Source of the DNA: an uncultured Chloroflexia bacterium
Lineage (GTDB): Bacteria; Chloroflexota; Limnocylindria; Limnocylindrales; CSP1-4
Reading direction: 5' to 3'
DNA length: 64,000 nt
Assembly: GCA_963791725.1 (NCBI GenBank)
Contig: CAWBTQ010000008.1
Span: 360,359-424,358, forward strand
Shown piece after piece: positions 18,854-28,951 of this stretch; the stretch's first letter is position 1, and every line of letters starts with the position of its first letter. The notes under the pieces are model-generated. The model made no database searches, was not told the DNA's origin, and saw only the letters and a list, made by a program, of their open reading frames with translations. The translations under genes were made by a program, and so were the position numbers.

Positions 18854-20046
18854 TGTCGAACGGGTCCCACGGCGCCGGCGAGCGCCCCAATTCTCCTGCC
18901 CGGTTCGAGGTCCTCGAGTCGCCGCCGGATGGCTCGACGCGGGCCCGACTCGGCCGCCTGACGCTGCCGCACGGTGTCGTCGAGACGCCGCAGTTCATGC
19001 CGGTGGGGACGAACGCGACGGTCAAGGCGCTCGACCCGGATGACCTGCGCGCGGCCGGAGCCACGATCATCCTCTCGAATACGTACCACCTTTACCTCCG
19101 GCCCGGCCACGAGCGGATCGCCCGACTCGGAGGGCTGCATCGCTTCATGGCCTGGGACCGGCCGCTCCTGACGGACTCGGGCGGCTTCCAGGTCGTATCA
19201 CTCGGCGAGCTCCGCAAGATCGACGACGAGGGCGTCACCTTCCAGAGCCACCTCGACGGTTCCTACCACCGCTTCACGCCGGAACTCTCGATCGCGGTCC
19301 AGGAGGCGCTCGGCGCCGACATCGCCGTCGCGTTCGACCAGCCCGTTCCCCCGGCCTCCACGAGCCTCGGGGCGGTCGCTGAGGCCGCGGCTCGGTCGAA
19401 TCGTTGGGCCGCTCGATCGCTGGCCGCACACACTCGCCCGGATCAAGCCCTGTTCGGGATCATCCAGGGAGGGCTCGACCCGGAGCTGCGGGCCGAGTCG
19501 ACGCGCGCCGTCGCCGACCTGGCGTTCGACGGCATCTGTATCGGTGGCCTGGCGGGTGACGAGACTCCGGCCCAACGCGAGGCGACACTGGACCTGGTGG
19601 TCGGCCTGCTCGCGACCGACCCGCGGCCCCGCTATCTCATGGGCCTCGGCTCGCCCCTGGACCTGCTCGAAGCCGTGCACCGAGGGGTCGACATGTTCGA
19701 CTGCGTGCTGCCGGCTCGAGTCGCCCGGAACGGCCAGCTGTGGATCCCCGGCGGACGCCTCAACATGCGCAACGCCCGGTTCGCCGACGATCCCAGACCG
19801 GTTCAGGAGGGCTGCCGGTGCCCGCTCTGCCGCAACTTCTCGAGGGCTTATCTGGCCCACCTGTTCCGCGCCGAGGAGCTGCTCGCCTACCGCCTCGCGA
19901 CTTGTCACAACCTGACCTTCACCCTAGACTTCATGGCCGAAATCCGCTCCGCATTGCGCTCCGGCACGTTCACCTCGCGCCTGCCCGAGCTCCGAGCGCG
20001 CGCGCAGCCGTCAAGCTCGCGTGCATTGGCAGTGCAGTCGGAATGA
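18853..20046 (+). CDS. tgt: tRNA-guanine transglycosylase (queuine tRNA-ribosyltransferase)
   Basis: An ATG overlapping the ruvB stop (TGATG) gives 397 aa with LTDSGGFQVVSL, the zinc site CxCxxC...H (CRCPLCRNF...AH) and the TIM-barrel Tgt family body. Confidence 0.9.
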   Translation: MSNGSHGAGERPNSPARFEVLESPPDGSTRARLGRLTLPHGVVETPQFMPVGTNATVKALDPDDLRAAGATIILSNTYHLYLRPGHERIARLGGLHRFMAWDRPLLTDSGGFQVVSLGELRKIDDEGVTFQSHLDGSYHRFTPELSIAVQEALGADIAVAFDQPVPPASTSLGAVAEAAARSNRWAARSLAAHTRPDQALFGIIQGGLDPELRAESTRAVADLAFDGICIGGLAGDETPAQREATLDLVVGLLATDPRPRYLMGLGSPLDLLEAVHRGVDMFDCVLPARVARNGQLWIPGGRLNMRNARFADDPRPVQEGCRCPLCRNFSRAYLAHLFRAEELLAYRLATCHNLTFTLDFMAEIRSALRSGTFTSRLPELRARAQPSSSRALAVQSE

Positions 20047-20086
20047 AGGCCCCACCCGTAGCCTGTAGTACGCGGAGGCGAAACAG

Positions 20087-20239
20087 ATGGCCAGTCGAGA
20101 CCGCCCCCACCGTCAAGAGAAGAAGAAGCCCAAGGACGCTTCGGCGAAGACCAAGATCCAGCCCTTGCTGGAGCCGCCGACAAACGTCGAGGTCTGGAAG
20201 CCAAAGCGAAAGCCGCGGACCGAGGAGACCGAGAGCTAG
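20087..20239 (+). CDS. small lysine-rich basic protein (50 aa), hypothetical
   Basis: MASRDRPHRQEKKKPKDASAKTKIQPLLEPPTNVEVWKPKRKPRTEETES, with GGAGG 8 nt upstream of the ATG. It is below the ORF-track size cutoff and has no recognisable family. Confidence 0.35.
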   Translation: MASRDRPHRQEKKKPKDASAKTKIQPLLEPPTNVEVWKPKRKPRTEETES

Positions 20240-20416
20240 CTCGCGGGCGGACGCCATCAGGCGCGTGCTCGATGTCGACCGCCCGGCGCGACGAGGCCAA
20301 GGCGGATCGAGCACCGAAGGCGAGCAGGCTTCTTGCCTGTGAGTCGAGGAGCGCAGGTCCATACCGGCATCGACCGCCCGATGGGCGACATCCAAGGAGC
20401 GAGGAGCAAGGTGGCA

Positions 20417-21478
20417 ATGATCGAGCGAGGGACCGAGGCCCGCGGATCTGCCGGTGGCGGCAACGACAGGACCAAGGCCGTGGACGCGGCCATCCTGGCG
20501 ATCGAGAAGCAGTTCGGGCGCGGCTCGATCATGCGTCTCGGCTCGTCCGAACGCCAGGCCGTGGACGTCATCCCGACCGGCTCGATCGCGCTGGACCTCG
20601 CGCTCGGCGTAGGCGGCATTCCGCGCGGCCGCATGACGGAGATCTTCGGTCCTGAGTCGTCGGGCAAGACGACCCTCTGCCAGCATGTCCTCGCCGAGGC
20701 CCAGAAGAGGGGCGGCGTCGTTGCCTTCATCGATGTCGAGCATGCGCTGGACCCAGGCTATGCCAGGGCCTGCGGCGTCAACGTGGACGAACTGCTCGTA
20801 AGCCAGCCGGACACCGGCGAGGACGCTCTGCAGATCACCGAGACGCTGATCCGCTCCGGCGGCGTGGACTGCGTCGTCGTGGACTCGGTCGCGGCGCTCG
20901 TTCCCAAAGCTGAGATCGAAGGTGAGATCGGCGACTCTTTCGTGGGCATCCAGGCCCGGCTGATGAGCCAGGCCCTCCGCAAGCTGGCAGGCGCCGTCAA
21001 CCGATCGAATACGGCCCTCGTCTTCACGAACCAGCTGCGTGAGAAGATCGGCGTGATGTTCGGCAACCCCGAGGTCACGCCCGGCGGCCGCGCCCTCAAG
21101 TTCTACGCCAGCGTCCGGCTGGATATCCGGCGGGTCGAAACGATCAAGGTCGGCACCGACTCGGTCGGCAATCGGGTCAAGGTGAAGGTCGTCAAGAACA
21201 AGGTCGCGCCGCCGTTCCGCGTCGCCGAGTTCGACATCATGTTCGGCGAGGGAATATCGCGCGAAGGCGGCCTGCTCGACGTCGGCGTGGCGATGAGCAT
21301 CGTCACCAAGACCGGCGCCTGGTTCACGTTCGGCGAGACCCGGCTCGGCCAGGGTCGCGAGGCCGGCAAGGACTTCCTCAAGGCTAATCCGGACATCTCG
21401 GCCGAGGTGGAGAAGCAGATTCGGGGCAAGATCTCCGAGGTCACGCTTCCGGTCGAGGGCATCGCCGAGGCCGAATAG
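20417..21478 (+). CDS. recA: recombinase RecA
   Basis: ...[18 protein letters not shown]...[10 protein letters not shown]... RecA core. The start was chosen at ATG 20417, preceded by AAGGAG/GAGGAG; the track ORF starts further upstream. Confidence 0.9.
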   Translation: MIERGTEARGSAGGGNDRTKAVDAAILAIEKQFGRGSIMRLGSSERQAVDVIPTGSIALDLALGVGGIPRGRMTEIFGPESSGKTTLCQHVLAEAQKRGGVVAFIDVEHALDPGYARACGVNVDELLVSQPDTGEDALQITETLIRSGGVDCVVVDSVAALVPKAEIEGEIGDSFVGIQARLMSQALRKLAGAVNRSNTALVFTNQLREKIGVMFGNPEVTPGGRALKFYASVRLDIRRVETIKVGTDSVGNRVKVKVVKNKVAPPFRVAEFDIMFGEGISREGGLLDVGVAMSIVTKTGAWFTFGETRLGQGREAGKDFLKANPDISAEVEKQIRGKISEVTLPVEGIAEAE

Positions 21479-21484
21479 CCGGCC

Positions 21485-22081
21485 ATGCCCCCACCCACCG
21501 GTCGCGAGCGCCTCGAGGCAAGACGAGCTCGACTGGAACGCCATGCCGCCGAATCTGACCCGGCCGTCGTCCTCAATGCCGCGGCACGTTTCCTCGAGCT
21601 GCGATCGCGGTCGGTCCATGAGATGCGCCGCCATCTGCTGACGGCGAAATACCCGGAAGGGCTGGTCGAGGCCGCCATCGCAAGGCTGTTGGAGCTCGGG
21701 ATGCTCGACGACGCGGCCTTCGCCCGGGCCTGGGTCGAGTCTCGGGACCGGGCTCGCCCGCGAGGGGCGGGGGCCTTACGTCGCGAGCTCGCGCTCAAGG
21801 GCATCGATCGCGAGACGGTGGCGGGAGTCCTGGCCGACCGGGAACGCGACAGCGGCGGGCCCGCGGATGACGGCGACTATGGAGTACACACGACGGCCGG
21901 CGCCGACGAGATAGCCGCCGAGCGGCTGCTGGACAAGAACCGCGCGAATCTGGCCCGCCTGGCCGATCCGCGCGCCCGCCGCCAGCGAGCCTACGCGCTG
22001 CTCGCCCGGAACGGTTTCGATCCGGAGGTGTGTCGCGAGGTAAGCGCCCGAACCGTGGGGCCGGCAACGCAGGACGACTGA
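21485..22081 (+). CDS. recX: recombination regulator RecX
   Basis: RecX three-helix repeats (...EMRRHLLTAKYPEGLVEAAIARLLELGMLDD...). Lies immediately downstream of recA. Confidence 0.85.
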   Translation: MPPPTGRERLEARRARLERHAAESDPAVVLNAAARFLELRSRSVHEMRRHLLTAKYPEGLVEAAIARLLELGMLDDAAFARAWVESRDRARPRGAGALRRELALKGIDRETVAGVLADRERDSGGPADDGDYGVHTTAGADEIAAERLLDKNRANLARLADPRARRQRAYALLARNGFDPEVCREVSARTVGPATQDD

Positions 22082-22344
22082 CCCGGCCCGGCTCGACCCG
22101 GCCTCGGGAACGACCGGCTCCCTGCCGGCGCGGCACCACCGAATTCCTCCCGGCGCCGTAGACTACGCGGCGAGACGAAGGACGCGCCGCTCTTCCACGA
22201 TTGAGACGGCGCAAGCTCGAATCAGCGACAACGCGGCTTCCGCTCGTCCTCTCGGGGAGCGAGAACGGTCGGGGTTGGGAGCCGCTCCTATTCGTTTCTA
22301 CGTACCTCCGGTCGCGTCAGCCGGCCGGGTGGAGGCAAGTGAAT

Positions 22345-23874
22345 ATGGATACCGCCCTTGTGGCCATCGTGGTGGTGGTCGCCGTTGTCGTGGGCGTGGT
22401 GGTCGGCTTCCTGGGCCGCGGCATGGTGGCCAACCAGGCCATCCAGAGCGCGCAGGAGAAGGCCGCTCGGATCGTCGCCGAAGCGCGCACGCAACAGAAG
22501 GAACTGATCCTCACCGCCAAAGACGAGAAGCTGCGACTGCAGCGCGAGGCGGAAGACGAAGCCAGAGCCAAACGCGGCGAGCTGAGCGTGCTCGAGAGCC
22601 GACTACTGGCCCGCGACGAGCAGCTCGACCTTCGGGCCGACACGCTCGAGCAGCGCGATCGCAAGCTCATAGATCGCGAGCGGGACTTCGAGCAGAGCCG
22701 CCAGGAGCTCGCCCGAGCCCACCAGGAGCACGTGGCCGCCCTCGAACGAGTCAGCGGCATGTCGGCGACGGAGGCCAAGGCCCAGCTGCTCGAGGCCGTC
22801 CGCGAAGAGGCCGAGCGCGACGCCGTCCGCCTGGCCAAGTCCATCGAGCGCGACGCTCGGGAAGAGGCCGAGGAGCGGGCGCGCGAGATCGTCATCACGA
22901 CGATGCAGCGCATCGCCGCAGACCACACCGCCGAGCACACAGTCTCGACGGTCCACTTGCCCAACGACGAGATGAAGGGCCGCATCATCGGCCGCGAGGG
23001 CCGCAACATCCGCGCCCTCGAGCAGGCGACCGGGGTCGACCTGATCATCGATGACACGCCCGAGACGGTTGTCATCAGCGCCTTCGACCCGGTGCGGCGC
23101 GAGATCGCCCGCCTGGCTCTCACCAAACTGATGGCCGACGGCCGCATCCATCCGGGCCGCATCGAGGAGGTCGTCGCCAAGGCCCGCGCCGAGGTGGACC
23201 TGGTGATGCGCCAGGCCGGCGAGCAGGCGATCTACGACGCCGGCGTCCCCGCGCTGCCGTCCGAGATCGTCAAGCTTCTGGGCCGCCTCAAGTACCGCAC
23301 CAGCTACGGCCAGAACGTGCTCGTCCACTCCGTCGAGACCAGCCGCCTGGCGGCCATCATCGCCGCGGAGCTCGGTGCCGACGTGCAGGCCGCGAAGGTC
23401 GGAGGCCTGCTCCACGACCTGGGCAAGGCCGTCGACCACGAGGTGGAAGGGCCGCATGCCCAGATCGGTGCCGCGATCGCGCTGCGCCACAACCTGTCGC
23501 CCAAGGTTGTCAACGCCATCGCCGCCCACCACCAGGAAGTCGAGTTCGCCTCCCAGGAGGCGCCGATCGTCCAGGTCGCCGACGCCATCAGCGCTTCGAG
23601 GCCAGGTGCGCGCGGCGAATCGATGGAGACCTACGTCCGCCGGCTCGAGGACCTGCAGGCCATCGCCGAGAGCTTCGACGGCGTCGAGCGGAGCTTCGCC
23701 GTCCAGGCCGGCCGCGAGGTTCGCGTTCTCGTCAAGCCGGAGCAGATCGACGATGTCAGCGCCACCCGGCTGGCGCGCGACGTGGTCAAGAAGATAGAGG
23801 CCAGCCTGACCTATCCGGGCCAGATCAAGGTGACGGTCATCCGCGAGACGCGGGCCGTCGAATACGCCAAGTAG
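22345..23874 (+). CDS. rny: ribonuclease Y (N-terminal TM helix, KH and HD domains)
   Basis: An ATG with GGAGG 9 nt upstream gives a 509-aa protein: TM helix ([17 protein letters not shown]), coiled coil, KH ([13 protein letters not shown]) and HD (LLHDLGKA...AHH). Confidence 0.9.
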   Translation: MDTALVAIVVVVAVVVGVVVGFLGRGMVANQAIQSAQEKAARIVAEARTQQKELILTAKDEKLRLQREAEDEARAKRGELSVLESRLLARDEQLDLRADTLEQRDRKLIDRERDFEQSRQELARAHQEHVAALERVSGMSATEAKAQLLEAVREEAERDAVRLAKSIERDAREEAEERAREIVITTMQRIAADHTAEHTVSTVHLPNDEMKGRIIGREGRNIRALEQATGVDLIIDDTPETVVISAFDPVRREIARLALTKLMADGRIHPGRIEEVVAKARAEVDLVMRQAGEQAIYDAGVPALPSEIVKLLGRLKYRTSYGQNVLVHSVETSRLAAIIAAELGADVQAAKVGGLLHDLGKAVDHEVEGPHAQIGAAIALRHNLSPKVVNAIAAHHQEVEFASQEAPIVQVADAISASRPGARGESMETYVRRLEDLQAIAESFDGVERSFAVQAGREVRVLVKPEQIDDVSATRLARDVVKKIEASLTYPGQIKVTVIRETRAVEYAK

Positions 23875-23880
23875 CCCGCC

Positions 23881-24723
23881 TTGGAAGCCACCAGCGCCGC
23901 ATCTCAGCCCGGCCGGGGCGGTCGGCGGGTCTGCCGCATCCTGATGATCGGGGACTTGATCGGCAAGCCCGGCCGCCTGGCCGTCGAGGCGCTGCTGCCT
24001 GGTCTGCGGCATGAGCTGGACATCGCCTTCGTCACCGCCAACGGCGAGAACGTCGCCGGGGGCATGGGCCTCACCGAATCCACGGCCGAGGCGATGTTCA
24101 AGGCCGGCGTGGACGTGATCACCTCCGGCAACCACATCTGGGACAAGCGCGAGATGTATCAGGTCCTGGAACGCGATGAACGCATCCTGCGGCCGCACAA
24201 CTACGGTTCGGACGGCGTCCCGGGTCGAGGCTGGGGCATCTTCCACGCCGAGGACGGCACCGAACTGGCAGTCCTCAATTTCCAGGGCCGGACGTACATG
24301 ACGCCCATCGAGAACCCGTTCACCGAGTTCGACCGGCTGGTAGACCAGGCCTCCGAACCGCTGCCGATCGTCCGTATCGTCGACTTCCACTGCGAGCTCA
24401 CCAGCGAGAAGAACGCCTTCGGCATCTACCTCGACGGCCGCGTGAGCGCGGTCGTGGGAACGCACACGCACGTGCCGACGGCGGACGAGCGCATCATGCC
24501 GAGGGGCACGGCCTATCAGTCCGACCTGGGCATGGTGGGGCCCGTCCACAGCGTCATCGGCTTCGAGCCGGCCACGGTCATACCGCGCTTCATCAACGGC
24601 CTGCCGACGCGTTTCGTCGTTGGCGAGGGTCCGGTCGTCTTCAACGCCTGCCTGATCGACGTGGACCCGGCCAGCGGCCACGCCGTAGCCGTCGAGCGTA
24701 TCCAGCGGATCGTCGAAGGCTGA
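23881..24723 (+). CDS. ymdB: YmdB-like 2',3'-cyclic-nucleotide phosphodiesterase (TIGR00282 metallophosphoesterase)
   Basis: RILMIGDLIGKPGR...ANGENVAGGMGLTE...TSGNHIWDK...GTHTHVPTAD collinear with B. subtilis YmdB. The true start may be ATG 23944. Confidence 0.8.
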   Translation: MEATSAASQPGRGGRRVCRILMIGDLIGKPGRLAVEALLPGLRHELDIAFVTANGENVAGGMGLTESTAEAMFKAGVDVITSGNHIWDKREMYQVLERDERILRPHNYGSDGVPGRGWGIFHAEDGTELAVLNFQGRTYMTPIENPFTEFDRLVDQASEPLPIVRIVDFHCELTSEKNAFGIYLDGRVSAVVGTHTHVPTADERIMPRGTAYQSDLGMVGPVHSVIGFEPATVIPRFINGLPTRFVVGEGPVVFNACLIDVDPASGHAVAVERIQRIVEG

Positions 24724-24724
24724 C

Positions 24725-25678
24725 ATGGCCTACAGGTTCAAGGACCGCGCAACGGGGGCGATGAGCGGGCCGCGGGTCGTGCCGGAGCATCCGTCTCGCG
24801 TCGATCTCCACACGCACAGCCGCCGCTCGGATGGCGTCCTGGAGCCTCGCGCCTTGATCGAGGCGGCGGCCGGGGCCGGCGTTCGTGTCCTCGCCCTGGC
24901 CGACCACGACACGCTCGCCGGAGTTCGCGAACTCTGTGAGACCGGGGCCGCGCCGCTGCCGCTCGAGCTCGTGCCGGCGGTGGAGATCAATAGCGTGGCC
25001 ACGGGCATCGACAGGCTCTGGGAGGGAGAGCTCCACATCCTGGGTCTGGGCGTGGACCCGCAGAACGAGGAGTTCGAGGCGGCGCTCGAACGCCAGAGGC
25101 GGTCGCGAGCGGTCCGCTTCGGGCTCATATTGGCCCGGCTCCGTGAACTCGGCCTGCCGGTCGATCGCGAGGCGGAGGCGCTGCGAACCGCTCCCGGCTC
25201 ATCGCTCGGCCGGCCGCAAATCGCCCGGCTCCTCGTCGAGGCCGGCCACGCGTCCTCCGTCGATGCCGCGATGCAGGAGGTGCTGGCCAGGGGCAGGCCC
25301 GGGTACGTGCCGCGCCAGGGTCTCGGGCCGCGCGACGCCATCGCCGCGATACGCGCCGCCGGAGGGCTGCCCGCACTGGCGCACTTCGCCGACGGCCGGG
25401 CCCGGCGAGCGCTCCTCGATGAGCTCGTCGACGCCGGCCTGGGAGGCCTGGAGGTCCACTACCGCCATTTCGACGCGGAAACGGTCAGCGACATGGCCGC
25501 GCTGGCGGCGGCCCTCAGGCTCGTTCCCACAGGCGGCAGCGACTACCACGGCGACGGTGAGACCTATGCCCAGGCCCACGCCGCGCTCTTTGTCCCGGAC
25601 GGCGACGCATTTGCCCTTTTCGCGGCTCTGGGCCGAGAATCGAATCAACAGGCCGCAGGAGCTACCACGACCTCATGA
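24725..25678 (+). CDS. PHP-domain metal-dependent phosphoesterase (TrpH/YciV-like)
   Basis: VDLHTHSRRSDG...LADHDT...GGSDYHG, the PHP motifs. Confidence 0.75.
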   Translation: MAYRFKDRATGAMSGPRVVPEHPSRVDLHTHSRRSDGVLEPRALIEAAAGAGVRVLALADHDTLAGVRELCETGAAPLPLELVPAVEINSVATGIDRLWEGELHILGLGVDPQNEEFEAALERQRRSRAVRFGLILARLRELGLPVDREAEALRTAPGSSLGRPQIARLLVEAGHASSVDAAMQEVLARGRPGYVPRQGLGPRDAIAAIRAAGGLPALAHFADGRARRALLDELVDAGLGGLEVHYRHFDAETVSDMAALAAALRLVPTGGSDYHGDGETYAQAHAALFVPDGDAFALFAALGRESNQQAAGATTTS

Positions 25679-27351
25679 CCGCGAGATCGATCGAAGACCT
25701 GGCCGCGGGCCTCACCGCCCTGCCGATGCCGGGCAGCCTCGCCGCCTCGCCCGCCGTGGATGCCGGTCTCCTCGAGTTCCGGCCCGAGCTTCACAGCCTG
25801 CCGCGCTTCTTCATGTGGACCCTCGGCTGCCAGATGAACATGAGCGACTCCGAGGAGATGGCCGGCCAGCTGCTGGCCGCAGGCTGTACCCGCGCCCCAT
25901 CGATGGAGACTGCCGACCTGGTGGTCATCAACACCTGCGCCGTGCGCGAGCACGCCGAGGCCAAGGTGATCGGCCGCCAGGGGATGCTCGCCGGGCTCAA
26001 GCGCGACCGTCCGGGGATGCGCGTGGTCCTGACCGGGTGCGGCGTACGCGAGGCGGAGCGGGCGGGCCTGGCTCATCGCTTCCCGGCGGTCGACATGTTC
26101 CTGCGGCCGGACGAGGAACCGGAGCTGGCTCTTCGGTTGGGCCTCGTCTCGGCCCAGGCTCCGATCGGACTCCGGACCGTCTCCACTGCCGCCACTACCG
26201 TCCTGAGCGGCCGGCCGGTGAGCGCCGCCGATCGTCTCGCCGCGTCCCGGTCCAACGCCCTATCAGAGAACCGCGTCGCCCGCTCCTCGACGATCTCGGC
26301 CTGGCTGCCGATCGTCTACGGCTGCGACAAGACCTGCACCTACTGCATCGTGCCCTTCAGCCGCGGCCCGGAGCGGAGCCGGCCCTTCGACGACATCGTG
26401 GCCGAGGCTCGTACGATCGCCGCGGCGGGCTACAGCGAGCTCACCCTGCTCGGCCAGAACGTGAACAGCTACGGCCACGACCTGCCGGCCGAGGAACGCT
26501 TCAGTCACATCGATACCGAACGGTCGGCCGGGCGCCGGCTGGACCTTCGATCCCGGCCCGACCTGGCCGAGTTGCTGTGCGCTATCGACGGCATCCGCGG
26601 CGCCGACGGGCGACCGGCGATCTCACGGCTGCGGTTCATCACCTCGCATCCCTGGGACCTGTCGGACCGGCTCATCGACGCCATGGCCACGTGCGAATCA
26701 GTGGCCGAGCACCTGCATTTGCCGATCCAGTCGGGTGACGACGCAATGCTCCAGCGGATGGGTCGCCAGTACACCGTCGCCCACTACAAGGAGCGGCTGG
26801 CCCGCATCCGCGAGGCCGTGCCCGGGATCGCGGTCTCCACCGACGTCATCGTCGGCTTCTGCGGCGAGACCGAGGCGCAGTTCGAATCGACCCTGAGCGC
26901 GCTCGAGGAGATCCGCTACGACACCGTCTTCGCGGCCGCCTACTCGCCCCGACCCGGCACCCCGGCGCTGCGCATGGCCGATGACGTACCGCCCGACGTC
27001 AAGCGCCGTCGCCTCAATGACCTGCTGGCCCGTCAGGAGAAGATCGGGCTCGAGATCAACCGGGGCTGGCTCGGGCGCGAAGTCGAGGTCCTGGTCGAGC
27101 GCGTCATGCCGCAGCGCCGTCAGGCGCTCGATGGCCTCGCCGCCGATCCGGACGATCCTGGGCCTGGCATCCCGGCTCTGGCCGGAACGGCGGGGGAGGG
27201 GAGCGTTGCCCTGGCTGGGCGGACGCGCCACAACAAGCTCGTCCACCTCGCCGGGGCTCCGGAACTGGTAGGCCAGGCCGTGACGGTTCGGATAGAACAC
27301 GCGGGACCGTTCGCCCTGCGGGGGCGCGCCGCCGTCGCCGCCGCGGAGTGA
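25675..27351 (+). CDS. miaB: tRNA-i6A37 methylthiotransferase MiaB (radical SAM)
   Basis: MWTLGCQMN...CDKTCTYC radical-SAM cluster and TRAM C-terminus. A conserved start near 25813 is more likely than the long N-terminal extension. Confidence 0.9.
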   Translation: MTARSIEDLAAGLTALPMPGSLAASPAVDAGLLEFRPELHSLPRFFMWTLGCQMNMSDSEEMAGQLLAAGCTRAPSMETADLVVINTCAVREHAEAKVIGRQGMLAGLKRDRPGMRVVLTGCGVREAERAGLAHRFPAVDMFLRPDEEPELALRLGLVSAQAPIGLRTVSTAATTVLSGRPVSAADRLAASRSNALSENRVARSSTISAWLPIVYGCDKTCTYCIVPFSRGPERSRPFDDIVAEARTIAAAGYSELTLLGQNVNSYGHDLPAEERFSHIDTERSAGRRLDLRSRPDLAELLCAIDGIRGADGRPAISRLRFITSHPWDLSDRLIDAMATCESVAEHLHLPIQSGDDAMLQRMGRQYTVAHYKERLARIREAVPGIAVSTDVIVGFCGETEAQFESTLSALEEIRYDTVFAAAYSPRPGTPALRMADDVPPDVKRRRLNDLLARQEKIGLEINRGWLGREVEVLVERVMPQRRQALDGLAADPDDPGPGIPALAGTAGEGSVALAGRTRHNKLVHLAGAPELVGQAVTVRIEHAGPFALRGRAAVAAAE

Positions 27352-28286
27352 CGAACACGAACCCCCCGCCGCTCGTCGTGCTGGCCGGTGCCACGGCCAC
27401 CGGCAAGACGGCCGTGGCCCTCGAGCTCGCCGGGTCGCTCAGCGCGCGGGGCATCGCCGCCGAGATCGTCTCCGCCGACTCGCGCCAGGTGTACCGGGGC
27501 ATGGACATCGGCACGGCCAAGGCCACGCCGGCCGAACGAGCGCGCGTTCCCCACCACGGGCTGGATCTCGTCGACCCGGACCAACCGTTCAGCGTCTCGG
27601 ACTTCGTAGCCTGCGCGGAAGAGGCCCTGGCGGGGATCGCCGGGCGCGCCGCCATAGCCATCCTCGCCGGTGGCACGGGCTTCTACCTGCGCGCCGTGGC
27701 GCGCGGCCTCGCCGTCGACGAGCTGCCCTGGGACGCCGACGTTCGAGCAGCGGTGGAGGCGGCGCTCGTCTCCGAGGGCCTGCCGGCACTTGTGGCCGAG
27801 CTGCGCCGCCTCGCTCCGGCTCGTGCGGCAGAGGTGGATCTCAAGAACCCGCGCCGCGTCGTCCGGGCCCTCGAGATCGCCCGGTTGCAGGGCGACGCGC
27901 CGCTGCCCCAGCCACGCGGCTACGGCCGGCCGGTCCTCTGGCTCGGGCTGACCGTCGAGCCGCCGGTCCTCCGCGAGCGAATCGCAACTCGCGCCCGCGC
28001 CCAGTTCGACGCCGGGCTCGTCGACGAGACGCGGGGCCTGATTGCCCGCTTCGACCCGGCGCTTCCGAGCTTCTCTGGGATCGGCTACGCGGAGTCGATC
28101 GGGGTAATACAGGGCCGCCTGACCCTGGACGAAGCGATCGCCCAGGACGCGCGGCGCAACGTGCTCTTCGCCCGGCGCCAGGCCACGTGGTTCCGCCGGG
28201 AACCTGATGTCAACTGGCTGGATGCGACGCGCGCGCTACCACTCGCCGCTGCCCTGCAGGCGGCGCTGGGCTACCTGCGCCAGTGA
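27348..28286 (+). CDS. miaA: tRNA dimethylallyltransferase MiaA
   Basis: VLAGATATGKTAVALELA...SADSRQVYRGMDIGTAK P-loop. The start overlaps the miaB stop. Confidence 0.9.
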   Translation: MTNTNPPPLVVLAGATATGKTAVALELAGSLSARGIAAEIVSADSRQVYRGMDIGTAKATPAERARVPHHGLDLVDPDQPFSVSDFVACAEEALAGIAGRAAIAILAGGTGFYLRAVARGLAVDELPWDADVRAAVEAALVSEGLPALVAELRRLAPARAAEVDLKNPRRVVRALEIARLQGDAPLPQPRGYGRPVLWLGLTVEPPVLRERIATRARAQFDAGLVDETRGLIARFDPALPSFSGIGYAESIGVIQGRLTLDEAIAQDARRNVLFARRQATWFRREPDVNWLDATRALPLAAALQAALGYLRQ

Positions 28287-28297
28287 CTGTTGCCGCG

Positions 28298-28353
28298 TAT
28301 ACTTGTCATTGTGCCAAGTATCCTTGACACGCGCCGTACCGGCCTGGCAAGAT
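28298..28353 (+). promoter_or_regulatory. candidate autoregulatory operator plus sigma-70-like promoter for the XRE regulator gene
   Basis: Inverted repeat TATACTTG-N9-CAAGTATC (about 28298-28322), then TTGACA (28324-28329), an 18-nt spacer and CAAGAT (28348-28353), 8 nt before ATG 28362. Suggests a leaderless or near-leaderless transcript. Confidence 0.45.
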
Positions 28354-28361
28354 GACGGTCG

Positions 28362-28589
28362 ATGCGAAACCACCACGAACCCCAACTTCTCAACCGGCTG
28401 CGAGTCGCCAGGGCGGAGCGCGACCTGTCGCAGGACGAACTGGCTCGGTCGGCGGGAGTCAGCCGGCAGACGATCAGCTCGATTGAGACCGGGCAGTACT
28501 GCCCGTCTGCGTTGCTCGCCTTCCAACTGGCCAACGTCCTCAGCGTTCGGGTGGACGAGCTGTTCTGGATCGAAGGAGGGAGCAAGTGA
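28362..28589 (+). CDS. XRE-family (Cro/CI-type) helix-turn-helix transcriptional regulator
   Basis: LSQDELARSAGVSRQTISSIETGQ, the canonical HTH_3 motif, in a 75-aa protein. Confidence 0.8.
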   Translation: MRNHHEPQLLNRLRVARAERDLSQDELARSAGVSRQTISSIETGQYCPSALLAFQLANVLSVRVDELFWIEGGSK

Positions 28590-28876
28590 ATCTCACGGGT
28601 CCCCGCGATGAGCGCGAGCAGGGAATAGACCGGTCGGGCGACCGGCTTACCGCGATGGTGCTGTCCTACGGACTGCTCGTTCTCGTCCTCCTTCGAAGCA
28701 TGCACGGTGAGGCGGCCTGGGATCTCCTTGGTCTGGTGATAGTCGGAGGCGCTGTTGGCACCACGTACCGGATCTGGCACCGCGCCGTCTCGCGGCGTTG
28801 GGTCCTGGCTCTCGTGTTGCTCGGCGCCGTGTCTTTCATGGTTGCAGCCTCGATTGCGCTGGCGCTTCACGCCTAG
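28586..28876 (+). CDS. small two-TM membrane protein co-transcribed with the XRE regulator
   Basis: A GTG overlapping the XRE stop gives a 96-aa protein with two predicted hydrophobic helices (LTAMVLSYGLLVLVLL; WVLALVLLGAVSFMVAASIALAL). Confidence 0.5.
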   Translation: MNLTGPRDEREQGIDRSGDRLTAMVLSYGLLVLVLLRSMHGEAAWDLLGLVIVGGAVGTTYRIWHRAVSRRWVLALVLLGAVSFMVAASIALALHA

Positions 28877-28951
28877 GGTCCAGGGCGCCACTTGCCGGCC
28901 AGTCTCTCGCTAGGACGGGTGGTAGCCGCCGTTCCGGTATCCTGTGCCGGC

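Noticed and set aside
20240-20416. LexA/SOS box upstream of recA
   Set aside because: No GAAC-N4-GTTC or TCGAAC-type palindrome found. TCGATGTCGAC is a direct repeat, not a dyad.
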